A stretch of DNA of 64,000 nucleotides from an uncultured delta proteobacterium (lineage in GTDB: Bacteria; Myxococcota; Myxococcia; SLRQ01), in contig CAVSGM010000002.1 of NCBI GenBank assembly GCA_963727485.1, forward strand, positions 1,664,001-1,728,000, written 5' to 3'. Position 1 is the first letter of the stretch; every line of letters starts with the position of its first letter. Below are positions 1-11,084 of the stretch, in pieces. The notes below the pieces were generated by a model that was given only the letters and a program-made list of their open reading frames with translations, made no database searches and had not been told where the DNA came from. Both the position numbers and the translations under genes were made by a program.

Positions 1-699
1 AGCGGCGGGAGCTACACCGGCGGCTCGGTGGACTCGGCCCGCTACAGCTACGACCTGGTCCACGCCTCGGCCGCCGAGGTGGCGGGCGACCCGGGGTGGA
101 TGAACCGCCAGAACCACCTGGTCAACCAGGCCAGCGGCCGGATCGCCTACGACCTGACCTACCCCGACGGCCACACCACCCTGGCGCTCTCCGCCCGCTA
201 CGGCGGGATCTACGACGCCACCACCCAGGGGATGGGCAGCCAGTACGCGGTCGCCGGGAGCGTCAACGCCCACTTCAAGGGCGGCAACCTGATGCTGGAG
301 GCGGCGCGGTACGCCTTCATGCCCGACAACCCCGCCGGCGCCGACAACAACTACGTGGTGATGGGCGCCTACGACTACCCCTACCTGGTGGCGTCGTCGG
401 GCACCTTGCTCATCGCCAACCTCTCGTGGACCTTCCCGGTCCACCTGGGGGTGTGGAAGTCGGTGACCGTGTACAACGACTTCAGCTACCTCTTGAAGGA
501 CCCGTCGGGCTACCAGCCCAGCGGCGAGAACGACCTCGGCGCGGCGTTCTCGGTGGGGCCCATGTACTGCTACATGGACTTCGCCTTCGGGAAGAACCAC
601 CCGTGGCTGGGGCCCGAGTACACCTACGCCCTGGCCTCCGGCGATCCGCTGGGCCACTGGGACCTGCGGTTCAACATCAACGTCGCCTGGTACTTCTGA
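1..699 (+). CDS. C-terminal part of an outer-membrane beta-barrel protein (starts before window)
   Basis: Frame open from window start; amphipathic aromatic-rich strands; ends ...LRFNINVAWYF with terminal Phe. Confidence 0.6.
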   Translation, partial: SGGSYTGGSVDSARYSYDLVHASAAEVAGDPGWMNRQNHLVNQASGRIAYDLTYPDGHTTLALSARYGGIYDATTQGMGSQYAVAGSVNAHFKGGNLMLEAARYAFMPDNPAGADNNYVVMGAYDYPYLVASSGTLLIANLSWTFPVHLGVWKSVTVYNDFSYLLKDPSGYQPSGENDLGAAFSVGPMYCYMDFAFGKNHPWLGPEYTYALASGDPLGHWDLRFNINVAWYF

Positions 700-1208
700 C
701 TCGCAGGGACCCGTCGGCAGGCCTGATCGAGGTGGTCGAGAGGCCAGCCGACGCTTGCGCACCCCGAGTGGGCTTCGCCCGCCGCGAGGTGGGCTACGGG
801 GGGCTCGGGGTCTCGGCGCACGGGACCTGGGCCGTGGAACCCTGTGAGGGTCTGGCCTTGCTCTCGCTAGGGTCTGTGAGTTAGGGTTACACCCCTGGGT
901 CGGTCGCGGGAGGGGCCGTGGACAGGGAACGGGACAGCCCGGTGTGGGCGCCGGGGGGCCTCCCTCGCGGATCTGGCCCCTCGTCCCCGCCGCAGCGTCG
1001 GGCGGATCGCTGGCCGCGGGCGGCACCGGTGGTCGGCCTCGAGCCAGGTGACCGTGTCCGGAATGACAGTGATTACGCGCAAATACAGAGTATTTAGACC
1101 TAAGGATGAACACTCATGTAGGAGACCCAGTATTGGTGGGGGAAATTCTGGGGGCAGAAGTCCTCATCTTGAACCCAGGCAGACCACACAACGCTCGGGA
1201 GCACCGTT

Positions 1209-2582
1209 GTGAACAGGCGCCTATTGCCGATTGCAGCCCTCACACTGTGCCTCGGGACCGCGTATCCCATGTCAGCGCAGGCACAGACCGCGAGCAAAGT
1301 GACCTACAAGATCAACGTCGCGTCCTTTGGGAACGCCTTTGGCGGGGCAGACCCCACCCGCGTCCTCGACTACGCCGGAGAGAGCTGGGTCTCCAAGGCC
1401 GGGGAGCACCGGTGGCCTGTCCCTGGATCCGTCGGTTTCCCTCGCCAACGGTGGCCCCAATGACGTCCAGGCGGTGGCCGAGCACGAGCTGGGTCATGAC
1501 GGATCGCCGAACCACATCGACACCGACGTATGTGTCATGAATACGGACGGGGGGATGACGGCCGACCGATACTTCTGCCGCGATGAGATCAAGGCATATC
1601 GCTCGTTCTTTGGCTACTCGATGCCACCGATGAATGCCCTCACCTCCAGCACCTGGCCGGACCCCGCCGCAGGCTCCTGGAGCGATAGCGCGATGGGGAA
1701 CACCTCTGGCGCTGGCTTCGTTGCGCTTGGTCGAGGCTATACGCCTACCGGTGCCATCGTGAACGAAGTATTCGCGACGGATGAGGCGGGCCCGCTCCGC
1801 AGCTCACCCTATCCGAGCTTCACTTGGGATGGGGTCGGCGAGTCGGGACTGATGCAACCCACGGTGGCCTACGATCCCACTCGCCATCACTGGTGGCTGT
1901 TCTGGAGACCAGACGACGCGACCCTAGAAACAACGTGGAGTACTCGGAGGTCTCCGATCCAAACGGGACCTGGACCGTCCCCCGCGTGGTACAGGGGACT
2001 GGCGGTAGCGACATCATCACCCGCGTGCCTGTGGCCGCCAGCTACGACTACTACTCCGACCGGATCGTGGTGATGTTCGTGGGGTGGGGGAGCTTCAATG
2101 AGACCGGCTCCCTGCACATCGTTTCGATTCCTGCAGGGACCCCAGGCGGAACCTGGTCCAACACCGTCGACTTGACGGGCTGGTCATCCGTCGGCCCGCC
2201 AGCCATTTCCTGCGAAAACACGTCCTATGCCTGCAACTGCCAGGGCCTCAACACCGGAACGGACGCCCAACGGCGTCTATGGGACTTCGGGTTCGCGTTG
2301 AACACCGACGGCAGCCTCTACAAGAGCTGTGGGTATGGCACGTCGGGAGCGGAGACCAACTTTCCGCCATCGATCTCGAGTGGCGGCGTCGGGGGGGTCG
2401 GCTACTTTGTCGAGGCGCATCACGGACTGGATGGACACGTCTACGTTCGAAGCAAGCAGGTCGCCAGTGACAGCTGGGGACCGTGGACATCCATCCTCGG
2501 GTCGACCGGCGCATCCGGCACCCCGGTCCGGGTGAGCGACTACTATGGCAACTACCAGGTGCTGCACGCTCCTGGACCATAG
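1209..2582 (+). CDS. Secreted metzincin-like Zn metalloprotease with C-terminal repeat/propeller region; frameshifted over three ORFs (1209-1463, 1327-2073, 1824-2582)
   Basis: Signal peptide MNRRLLPIAALTLCLG..AQA; DVQAVAEHELGHDGSPNH (HExxHxxxxxH) followed by CVM Met-turn; lower GC than flanks. Confidence 0.5.
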
Positions 2583-2615
2583 GTTCCAGGGACGGAGATG
2601 AAGGGAGAAGATCCC

Positions 2616-3245
2616 ATGAAGAGACAAGGTGCAATTGCCATACTCGCGACGTTGTGTTCCTTCGGCGTGGTGGGATGTCACGCAACGCCGGATGCACTGT
2701 ACAGCAGCAGAGGCGTGGGCCTCTGCGCGCTCTCTCAAAGCGCCGAGGCCGTGGTGTACGGGCAGGTCGTCGGTTGGAGGCCCTCGGCTGTCAGCCCGGC
2801 CGGCCAGGCCGTGACCGTCGTCAACGTACAGGTAACCCGGGTTCTGCGGGGCTCCGTTGCGACGGGCGATCACCAGCTGAAGCTGAACGGGACGTTCGAT
2901 CCCTCCACGGGCACGGTCTCGGTCAACGCCGGCAGCCAGGGACAGATCGAGAGGTCGGTCCTCGAGCAGAATGGGCGCAAGACCGAGGGCTACATTTTCC
3001 TTTCACAGGGAAATCCCTCGGCCATCGAGGGGAGCGGCTACCTTTGGCGTGGGAAGAGCGGCCTGTACTACAGCGATAGCCAGTTCGACAATCTGGACAG
3101 CGGTGTCACGGGGTCGACGATCGTGGCGGCTGACCAGAAGTACTCGGCGATGTCATCCTGTCCGGTGAAGACGGCGCCCGGCTCCGGACCCGATGGGGGT
3201 ACGCCCGGCGGCGACGCCGGCTACCGCGGCCCCTCGGGGGGCTGA
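2616..3245 (+). CDS. Hypothetical lipoprotein
   Basis: MKRQGAIAILATLCSFGVVGC lipobox-like signal; purine-rich RBS upstream; same lower-GC island as previous gene. Confidence 0.6.
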   Translation: MKRQGAIAILATLCSFGVVGCHATPDALYSSRGVGLCALSQSAEAVVYGQVVGWRPSAVSPAGQAVTVVNVQVTRVLRGSVATGDHQLKLNGTFDPSTGTVSVNAGSQGQIERSVLEQNGRKTEGYIFLSQGNPSAIEGSGYLWRGKSGLYYSDSQFDNLDSGVTGSTIVAADQKYSAMSSCPVKTAPGSGPDGGTPGGDAGYRGPSGG

Positions 3246-3343
3246 GCTTGCCGTCGCCTTGACGACCACCGGAACCTTGGCGGCGTGGCCGCCAGGGTGC
3301 CGGGCTGATCGAGCGCGGAGTCGGCGGTCGACCACCACCCCGC

Positions 3344-4090
3344 CTAGGTCTTGGCCTGGTTCGCCACCTTCTCGGCGGCCTTCTTGGCCGCGTCGGGATC
3401 GCCGAGGTAGCGCGAGCCGAGCCGGGCGAGGTCGTCGTCGAGGTCGTAGGCCAGCGGGATCCCGGTGGGGATGTTGAGGGACGGGATGGCGTCGTCGGAG
3501 ATGCCGTCGAGGTGCTTCACCAGGGCCCGCAGGCTGTTGCCGTGGGCCACCACCAGCACCCGCTTGCCCTCCCGGAGGTCGGCGGCGATGGCGTCGTACC
3601 AGTAGGGGAGCATCCGGGCGACCACGTCCTGGAGGCACTCGGTGGCGGGCAACAGGTCCGGGGCCAGGGTGCGGTACTTGGGGTCGTGGCGGGGGTGGCG
3701 CTCGTCCGAGGTCTCCAGGGCCGGGGGCGGGACGTCGTAGCTGCGCCGCCACTGGAAGACCTGGTCGGCGCCGTGGCGCTCGGCGGTCTCCTTCTTGTTC
3801 AGGCCCTGGAGCGCCCCGTAGTGGCGCTCGTTGAGGCGCCAGTGCCGGCGCACCGGGAGCCAGAGGCGATCCATCTCGCCGAGGGCGAGGTACATGGTGC
3901 GGATCGCCCGCTTGAGCAGCGAGGTGTGGACCACGTCGAAGTCGAAGCCCTCCTCCTTGAGGAGGCGGCCGGCGTTTCCGGCCTCGGCGACCCCGGTGTC
4001 CGAGAGGTCGACGTCGGTCCACCCGGTGAAGCGGTTCTCGAGGTTCCACAGGCTTTCGCCGTGACGAAGGAGGACGAGGTGCTCGCTCAT
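3344..4090 (-). CDS. gpmA: 2,3-bisphosphoglycerate-dependent phosphoglycerate mutase
   Basis: [39 protein letters not shown] motifs. Confidence 0.97.
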   Translation of the reverse strand: MSEHLVLLRHGESLWNLENRFTGWTDVDLSDTGVAEAGNAGRLLKEEGFDFDVVHTSLLKRAIRTMYLALGEMDRLWLPVRRHWRLNERHYGALQGLNKKETAERHGADQVFQWRRSYDVPPPALETSDERHPRHDPKYRTLAPDLLPATECLQDVVARMLPYWYDAIAADLREGKRVLVVAHGNSLRALVKHLDGISDDAIPSLNIPTGIPLAYDLDDDLARLGSRYLGDPDAAKKAAEKVANQAKT

Positions 4091-4199
4091 GGGGCGGAAG
4101 TATGCACACCCGGGCCATGGGGGCAACGCGGGGGGCCGGACGCGCCGGCCCCGGGCCAGGACTTTGACCCGGACCCCGAAGATCCGCTAAGCCGGTCGG

Positions 4200-5114
4200 G
4201 TGAGCCCCCGCATCTGGGCCGTGGGTGGAGGCAAGGGCGGCGTCGGCAAGTCGCTCATCACCTCGAGCCTAGGCATCCTCCTCGCCCGCAGGGCCCGCCG
4301 GACGGTGGTCATCGACGCCGACCTCGGCGGCGCCAACCTCCACACCCTCCTCGGGGTCACCACCCCGCGGCGGACGCTCTCGGACTTCGTGTCCAAGCGG
4401 GTGGGGAGCCTGGCCGAGGTCATGACCCCGACGCACACCCCGGGGCTGTGGCTCATCAGCGGCTCCCGGGCGCTGATGGACGCGGCCAACCCCAAGCACA
4501 CCCAGAAGGAGAAGATCCTCCGGCACGTGAAGGCCCTCGACGTGGAGCACGTGCTCCTCGATCTCGGCGCCGGGTCGGCCTTCAACGTCCTCGACTTCTT
4601 CCTCGCCGCCCAGCGGGGGATCCTGGTGGTGGTCCCCGAGCCCACCAGCATCGAGAACGCCTACCACTTCCTCAAGGCGGCCTACTACCGCAAGCTGAAG
4701 AACGCCGCCAAGCGCACCACCGTGCGTGACGCCATCACCGAGGCCTTCGAGGGCCGGGAGAAGAAGGGCATCCGCAGCCCCAAGGAGCTCCTCGCCGAGG
4801 TGGCGCGCATCGACCCCGAGGCCGGGACGCTCCTCGCCGAGGTCGCCGCCGGCTTCACCCCCCAGGTGGTGGTCAACCAGGTCAGAAGCCACGAGCACCA
4901 TCACCTGGGCCCGGACATCCGCGCCGCCAGCCGCGCCTACTTCGGCACCGACATCGGCTTCCTCGGCACCGTCCCCCACGACGAGGCGGCCCTGGAGGCG
5001 GTCAGGAGCCGCCGGCCGATCCTGGAGCAGGCGCCCGAAAGCGAGTTCGCCCGGGCGGTGGAGCAGCTCGCCGAGCGGCTGCTCGCGGGCAAGGAGGCCG
5101 ACGATGTCGGATGA
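4200..5114 (+). CDS. MinD/FlhG-family (ParA-like) ATPase
   Basis: GGGKGGVGKS deviant Walker A; DADLGGANLHTLLG; PEPTSIENAY. Confidence 0.9.
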   Translation: MSPRIWAVGGGKGGVGKSLITSSLGILLARRARRTVVIDADLGGANLHTLLGVTTPRRTLSDFVSKRVGSLAEVMTPTHTPGLWLISGSRALMDAANPKHTQKEKILRHVKALDVEHVLLDLGAGSAFNVLDFFLAAQRGILVVVPEPTSIENAYHFLKAAYYRKLKNAAKRTTVRDAITEAFEGREKKGIRSPKELLAEVARIDPEAGTLLAEVAAGFTPQVVVNQVRSHEHHHLGPDIRAASRAYFGTDIGFLGTVPHDEAALEAVRSRRPILEQAPESEFARAVEQLAERLLAGKEADDVG

Positions 5115-5666
5115 CAGCCCCACCGCCGCGGACCGGACGCTCCTGGGGATCGAGGCCGGCGCCTCGGTGGAGGACATCGAGCGTGCCTACCGCCACCAGC
5201 GCGCCCTCTACGCCGAGGACAGCCTCGCCACCTACGCGCTCCTCGATCCCGAGGCGCGGGCCCGGCACCTCGCCGAGCTCGACGAGGCCTACCGCAAGGT
5301 GAAGCTCGCCTGGTCGGTGAACCCGGGGGGGGGACGCCGCCGCCGGAGGAGCCGGGCGGCGCGGTGCCCCCGCCGGCCGCGTCGACGCCCCCGGGCGAGG
5401 CGCCCGAGGAGGATCTCGAGGCCCCGGGGGCGACCCTCGCCGCGCTCCGGGCCCACAAGGGGCTGCCGCTGCCCGAGCTCGCCCGCCGCACCCGGATCGG
5501 CCGGGCGTACCTCGAGGCCCTCGAGGCCGAGGACTTCGCCGCCCTCCCGGCGCTGGTCTACGTGAGGGGCTTCGTGCAGCAGGTGGCCCGGGAGCTTGGC
5601 GCCAGGCGCGCCGACGCGCTGGCCCAGGCCTTCGCCGAGCGGTGCAAGGCGGCGCGGGGCGAGTGA
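5104..5666 (+). CDS. J-domain-like plus Cro/C1 (RodZ-type) HTH protein; frameshift at G run ~5325-5333
   Basis: LLGIEAGASVEDIERAYR N-terminus; C-terminal LRAHKGLPLPELARRTRIGRAYLEALEAEDFAALPALVYVRGFV; overlaps ATPase stop. Confidence 0.75.
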
Positions 5667-5708
5667 CCGGGGGTTGACCCCGGGCGCCTCCGGGACATGA
5701 TGCCGCCC

Positions 5709-6317
5709 ATGATCGACATCTACGCCTGGAAGACGCCCAACGGATACAAGCCCCTCATCGCCGCCGAGGAGCTGGGCCTCGAGTACCACCTGGAGCCGGT
5801 GAACCTCGGCCGGGGCGAGCAGAAGGACGCGGCGTTCCTCGCCATCAACCCCAACGGGAAGATCCCGGCGCTGGTCGACGGCGACCGGGGGATCCGGGTC
5901 TTCGAGTCCGGGGCCATCCTCTGGTACCTCGCCGAGCGCGAGGGCAGGCTCCTGCCCGAGGGCGGCCAGGACCGGGCGCTCGCCTCGAGCTGGCTCCACT
6001 TCCAGATGGCCAACGTCGGCCCGATGCTGGGGCAGGCCTACCACTTCCGGAACCTCGAGGAGAAGGACCCCTACGGCGAGAAGCGCTACACCGACGAGGC
6101 GCGGCGGGTCCTCGGGGTCCTCGACGGGCGCCTCGCCGAGGCCGAGTGGCTGGCCGGCGACGCCTACACCATCGCCGACATCGCGACCTTCCCCTGGGTG
6201 CGGCGCCTCGAGCCCTTCGGGATCGAGCCCGGCGAGCTGCCCTTCCTCGAGGCGTGGATTGCGAAGATCGCCAAGCGCCCCGCGGTCGAGCGCGCCTACG
6301 CCCTCGAGTTCGGGTAG
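5709..6317 (+). CDS. Glutathione S-transferase (YfcG/YghU-like)
   Basis: TPNGYKP, INPNGKIPAL, FESGAILWYLAE, YTIADIA motifs. Confidence 0.93.
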   Translation: MIDIYAWKTPNGYKPLIAAEELGLEYHLEPVNLGRGEQKDAAFLAINPNGKIPALVDGDRGIRVFESGAILWYLAEREGRLLPEGGQDRALASSWLHFQMANVGPMLGQAYHFRNLEEKDPYGEKRYTDEARRVLGVLDGRLAEAEWLAGDAYTIADIATFPWVRRLEPFGIEPGELPFLEAWIAKIAKRPAVERAYALEFG

Positions 6318-6338
6318 CGGGCCCCGCCGGGGGCCCCG

Positions 6339-8537
6339 TCAGTAGACGTAGGTGGCGCCGGCGTTGGGAGCACTGTTGTCGGTCTGGTCGCCGTCCACCC
6401 CGGTGGCCTTGCTCGCCTCAATGTACGAGCTCACCGCCACCGTGTCTCCCGAGACCGCGGCGCTCCAGCCAAACCGGTCGCCGGCGTCGGTATTGGAGGC
6501 CTTGAGGTAGGCCTGCTGCGACCAGGTCCCGGAGGCGTCCCGGGAGAAGAGGTAGGCGGCGCCGGCGCTGCCGACACTGTTGTCGGTCTGGTCGCCGTCC
6601 ACCCCGGTGGCCTTGCTCGTCTCGTCGTTGGCCCCGACCACCACCATGTCTCCCGAGATCGCGATGGAAGAGCCGAACCAGTCGAAGGTGTCGGTGTTGG
6701 AGGCCTTGAGGTAGGCCTGCTGCGACCAGGTCCCGGAGGCGTCCCGGGTGAAGACGTAGGCGGCGCCGGCGTTGCCGGCACTGTTGTCGGCCTGGTCGCC
6801 GTTCACGCCGGTGGCGTTGCTGCTCTCGCCCGGGGCGCCCACCAGGAGCGTGTCCCCCGAGACCGCGACGGACGTGCCAAACTGGTCGCCGGCGTCGGTG
6901 TTGGAGGCCTTGAGGTAGGCCTGCTGCGACCAGGTCCCGGAGTTGTCCCGGGCGAAGACATAGGCGGCGCCGGCCCGGCTCTTGCTGTTGTCGGTCCCGT
7001 CTCCGTCCACCCCGGTGGCCTTGCTCGACTCGTTGGGCGCCCCCACCACCACCGTGTCCCCGGAGACGCTGATGCTGAAGCCGAACTGGTCCTGGGCGTC
7101 GGTGCGGGAGGCCTTGAGGTAGGCCTGCTGCGACCAGGTCCCGGAGGTGTCCCGGGTGAAGACGTAGGCGGCGCCGGCGTTGGGGTCGCTGTTGTCGATC
7201 TGGTTGCCATCCACCCCGCTGGTCAGGCTCGACTCCCCGGGCGCCCCCACCACCACCGTGTCCCCGGAGACGCTGATGCTGAAGCCGAACTGGTCCTGGG
7301 CGTCGGTGTTGGAGGCCTTGAGGTAGGCCTGCTGCGACCAGGTTCCCGAGGCGTCCCGGGTGAAGACGTAGGCGGCGCCGGCCTGGCCCTTGCTGTTGTC
7401 GGTCTGGTCGCCGTCCACCCCGGTGGCCTTGCTCGACTCGCCGAAGGCCCCCACCACCACCGTGTCTCCCGAGATGCCGACGCTGTAGCCGAAGAAGTCG
7501 TTGGCGCCGGTGTTGGAGGCCTTGAGGTACGCCTGCTGGGACCAGCGGCCCGTCGCATCCCGGACGAAGACGTAGGCGGCGCCGGCGCTGGAGGCGCTGG
7601 AGTCGGCCTGGTTGCCGTTCACCCCGGTGGCGTTGCTGCTCTCGCCCGGGGCGCCCACCACCAGCGTGTCGCCATCGAGGCTCACGGCCAGGCCGAAGAG
7701 TGAACCCTGGGCGGTGTTGGAGGCCTTGAGGTAATGCATGCTCCGGCGCGTCACCACCACCCCGTAGCTCTCCGAGGCGCCGCCCGGGGCGCTGACGACG
7801 ACGTGGATGGCGGTCTGGGTCCCGGCGGCCAGGGCGATCGGCGGCGAGGCCGTCCCCGAGGCCACCGTCGTGCCGTCGACGGTGATGGTGGCGTCGGGGC
7901 TGGCGGCGGTGGGGGTCACGGTGACCGTGTCGAAGGCGTCCCCCACGGTGGTCACGTAGAGGAGCGAGCCCGGGTCGAAGGTGGGGCCCAGGGTCCCGTG
8001 GGAGAGGGTGAGCCCCGAGAGGCTGGCGTCGTTGCTCAAGCAGGTGCTGTTCCGGCACAGCTCCTTGGGCCCGCAGGCGGTGCCGGCGTTGGGCCCGGTG
8101 CAGTCGGCGGCGGCGCCGCAGTAGGCGGCGGTGGTCATCGGGTCGATGCAGCTCCCGCCGCAGTCGACGAAGCCCGCGGGACAGGAGACGGTGCAGGCGC
8201 CCTGTCTGCAGACCTGGTTGCCGACGCAGGCGGTGCCCACGTGGGCGCCGGTGCAGTCGGCGGAGGCGCCGCAGTACTCGGCATCGACCATCGGGTCGAC
8301 GCAGCGCCCGCCGCAGTTGATGAAGCCCGCCTGGCAGGCGATGGTGCAGGCGCCCTGGCTGCAGATCTCGCCGGCGCCGCAGGTCTTCCCGCAGGCGCCG
8401 CAGTTGGCCGGGTCGTAGGCGGTGACCACGCAGGCCCCGCCGCAGAGGCTCTGGCCCGGAGGGCACGACGGCGCGGTCTTGCCGCTGGTGCAGCTTGCGG
8501 CCATGAGCACGAGACCCAACAGCATCAGCTTGCGCAT
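6339..8537 (-). CDS. Lipoprotein with Cys-rich repeats, cadherin-like beta-sandwich and FG-GAP (integrin-alpha-like) propeller
   Basis: Lipobox LMAASC; CGGxCVD..NCGACG repeats; DASLSGLTLS..FDP domain; repeated QQAYLKASNT..FG.SV..GD..VVGA. Confidence 0.9.
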   Translation of the reverse strand: MRKLMLLGLVLMAASCTSGKTAPSCPPGQSLCGGACVVTAYDPANCGACGKTCGAGEICSQGACTIACQAGFINCGGRCVDPMVDAEYCGASADCTGAHVGTACVGNQVCRQGACTVSCPAGFVDCGGSCIDPMTTAAYCGAAADCTGPNAGTACGPKELCRNSTCLSNDASLSGLTLSHGTLGPTFDPGSLLYVTTVGDAFDTVTVTPTAASPDATITVDGTTVASGTASPPIALAAGTQTAIHVVVSAPGGASESYGVVVTRRSMHYLKASNTAQGSLFGLAVSLDGDTLVVGAPGESSNATGVNGNQADSSASSAGAAYVFVRDATGRWSQQAYLKASNTGANDFFGYSVGISGDTVVVGAFGESSKATGVDGDQTDNSKGQAGAAYVFTRDASGTWSQQAYLKASNTDAQDQFGFSISVSGDTVVVGAPGESSLTSGVDGNQIDNSDPNAGAAYVFTRDTSGTWSQQAYLKASRTDAQDQFGFSISVSGDTVVVGAPNESSKATGVDGDGTDNSKSRAGAAYVFARDNSGTWSQQAYLKASNTDAGDQFGTSVAVSGDTLLVGAPGESSNATGVNGDQADNSAGNAGAAYVFTRDASGTWSQQAYLKASNTDTFDWFGSSIAISGDMVVVGANDETSKATGVDGDQTDNSVGSAGAAYLFSRDASGTWSQQAYLKASNTDAGDRFGWSAAVSGDTVAVSSYIEASKATGVDGDQTDNSAPNAGATYVY

Positions 8538-8806
8538 CTCCGTCTCCTCTTGCTCGGCGGCGTGGCGCAGTCAGCTCGGGGCGCGTCTGGCGCCATCCGT
8601 GCAGGCCGCGATCGCCGGGCTCCTCTTGGGTGTGTCTCCGGGTAATCCCGACACGGCCTCAAGGGCAGCACCCGGGGGGGGCGCCACTCGAGAGCGTAGG
8701 GACTCTCCCTGGGTATCCTGACTGGGCGGCGGTCGCAACTGCTCATCAGAATCGTTCTGGATCCCTGGCGGCAGGCGTGGGGGCGGTCGTCGTTGGGGGC
8801 CCTGGC

Positions 8807-8961
8807 CTTGTGCCCCGCGGCGCCGGTGAGTACCCCGGGGAAGCCGGCGCGCTGACGGCCGCGCCACCGCGCGAGCGCCGCGCCGGCGGAAAGGCGCACC
8901 CGCGATGCGCCACCCACTCGCGCGTCTCGCCATGGCCTGCGCCCTCGCCGGCCTCCTCGTC
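8807..8961 (+). repeat. Copy 1 of a ~155-bp duplicated leader plus signal-peptide start (copy 2 at ~11353-11507)
   Basis: Near-identical CCTTGTGCCCCGCG...ATGCG(C/T)CACCCACTCGCGCGTCT...GCCGGCCTCCTCGTC at both sites. Confidence 0.9.
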
Positions 8962-9461
8962 CGCACCGCCTACCTCGGGGCCCTGGAGGCCGAGGACTAC
9001 GCGGCGCTCCCGGCGCTGGTCGACGGTGACCGGGGCATCCGGGTCTTCGAGTCCGGGGCCATCCTCTGGTACCTCGCCGAGCGCGAGGGCAGGCTCTTGC
9101 CCGAGGGCGGCCAGGACCGGGCGCTCACCTCGAGCTGGCTCCACTTCCAGATGGCCAACGTCGGCCCGATGCTGGGGCAGGCGTACCACTTCCGGAATCT
9201 CGAGGAGAAGGTGCCCTACGGCGAGAAGCGCTACGGCGACGAGGCGAGGCGGGTCCTGGGGGTCCTCGACGACCAACTCGCCGAGGCCGAGTGGCTCGCC
9301 GGCGACGAGTACACCATCGCCGACATCGCGACGTTTCCCTGGGTGCGCCGGCTCGGGCCCTTCGGGATTGCCGACGGCGAGCTCCCCCACCTCGAGGCCT
9401 GGGTGGCGAAATCGACGACCGGCCCGCGGTCGAGCGGGCCTACGCGCTGGAGTTCGGGTAG
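8905..9461 (+). pseudogene. Chimeric duplication-junction gene: signal-peptide start of the 11451 gene + HTH fragment + GST copy
   Basis: MRHPLARL..LAGLLV matches 11451; AYLGALEAEDYAALPALV matches the HTH gene at ~5506-5558; DGDRGIRVFESG... matches GST 5877-6317; frameshift near 3' end. Confidence 0.85.
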
Positions 9462-9503
9462 GCGCCCCGGCGGCGGCCGGCACCGCCGGGACGGGCCGCC
9501 GCC

Positions 9504-10982
9504 TCAGTGCCCGAAGCGCTGCTCGAGGCCCTTGCGGTAGGCCCGGGCCTGCACCTGGAGGCTCCGGTTGACGTGGCGGATGATCCGCTTCGCCTGGTGT
9601 CGCCACCGCCGGCCCCCGCAGTGGCGGTCCGCGCGCCTGGCCCACACGTCGGTGACGGTCTTGCCGGTGCGCAGGTTCACCAGCTCGTAGTCCTTGTCGT
9701 AGGTGGGGTCGTGCTTCGACATGTAGTCCTCGAAGCAGCCCTGGTACTTCTTGTCGACCTTGTCGTAGGCCTTGATGGCCGCGGTGTCCGCGGGGGTCGC
9801 CAGCGTCATCGCCTCGTCGAAGCTCCGGGCGTGCTTCACCTTGGGCAGCCGCCCGGGCAGCACCACCTTCGCCGGACGGGTGCCGGTGAGCCGGTTGGTG
9901 GCGACCCGGTAGACCCCACCGTCGGCGCGCGCCACCTTCGAGAGGTTCTGGCCGTAGGCGAGCAGCGCCAGGGGCTCGTTCGCCGGGACGCCGGCGTCGG
10001 GGAGCGTCAGGTAGACGAAGAGCCGGTCCGGAGCCCCGAGGAAGAAGGCCTGGAGGTCGTGGGCGCCGTAGAACGGGTACTGGCGGCTCACCTCGCGCTG
10101 GGGCAGCGGCAGCGGGTCGGGGATGGGGATGGGCGTCGCCATCAGACCGGGCCTGGCCCCCGAGCGCATCACCAGGGTGTCCACCGGCGCCCCCACCGCG
10201 GGGTCGTGGTAGACGCCGTAGAGGAACACCGCCCAGGTCTGGCCGGCCCGGGCGTAGAACCTGGCGGCGTGGTCGGTGTCGTCGCAGTCGTAGACGCCGT
10301 GGGCCGTCACCTGGTCCATGGGGCCGTAGACGAACATCGCCGGCTTGGCGTGCGGCTGCCGCAGCGCCGAGACCACCACCCACCCCACGTCCTGGGTGGC
10401 GTGGAGGTAGAACGCCGGGGTCCGGGAGACCCCGCCGCAGAAGCCCGTTCGCCACAGGTTGGCCTTCGGCTTGATCTTGGAGTGGACGGCCACGGGGGTG
10501 GCGAGCGCCCCGAGGTCGACGACCGGCGCCCCGCCGGAGAAGACCACCGGGCGGTCGTCGTCGCGCACCCGGAAGGCGTAGGGTGCGTGGTCCCGGCTCC
10601 GGTCCTTGCGGTCAAGCTGCACCCAGAGCACGTAGCTGCCCGGGTCCAGGGCCTTGGCGTGGGTCTGGTCGTTGGACTGGAAGCAGCCGCCCTGGGCGTT
10701 GGTGACGTGCATCCCCCGGGCGTCCTGGCTCATGAACACCCAGTGCCCCTTGCGGCTCACCTGGAGCCGGGCCACCGGGGCGACCGGCCCGTAGGCGCAG
10801 CCGATCCTGCTGGCCGCCGGGGACAGGGCCCGGGGGACGGGGAGCTTCTCGAGGGTGGGGTTCGCCTGGGTGGGCCCGCCCAGCTTCAGGACCGGCAGCG
10901 CGGCGATGGCGGTCTGCGCGTCGGCGGGGCCGGCGACGAGGCTGGCGAGGACGAGGGCGAGGGCGAGGGCAGAGCGGCGCAT
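9504..10982 (-). CDS. Secreted hypothetical protein
   Basis: Signal peptide MRRSALALALVLASLVAGPADA; strong GC3 bias; 492 aa. Confidence 0.75.
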   Translation of the reverse strand: MRRSALALALVLASLVAGPADAQTAIAALPVLKLGGPTQANPTLEKLPVPRALSPAASRIGCAYGPVAPVARLQVSRKGHWVFMSQDARGMHVTNAQGGCFQSNDQTHAKALDPGSYVLWVQLDRKDRSRDHAPYAFRVRDDDRPVVFSGGAPVVDLGALATPVAVHSKIKPKANLWRTGFCGGVSRTPAFYLHATQDVGWVVVSALRQPHAKPAMFVYGPMDQVTAHGVYDCDDTDHAARFYARAGQTWAVFLYGVYHDPAVGAPVDTLVMRSGARPGLMATPIPIPDPLPLPQREVSRQYPFYGAHDLQAFFLGAPDRLFVYLTLPDAGVPANEPLALLAYGQNLSKVARADGGVYRVATNRLTGTRPAKVVLPGRLPKVKHARSFDEAMTLATPADTAAIKAYDKVDKKYQGCFEDYMSKHDPTYDKDYELVNLRTGKTVTDVWARRADRHCGGRRWRHQAKRIIRHVNRSLQVQARAYRKGLEQRFGH

Positions 10983-11084
10983 GGAGCTCCCAGAGGGGCC
11001 AGAGAGAGGCGTGGCGCGTCTCCTTCGACGCGCCACGGGGTCGCGAACCCTAGTCGGCCGCCCGCCTTGTGTCTGTGGTGCCGA

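Noticed and set aside
8580..8760. Possible riboswitch upstream of the FG-GAP gene
   Set aside because: A local hairpin is present (~8631-8654) but no aptamer consensus I can recognise
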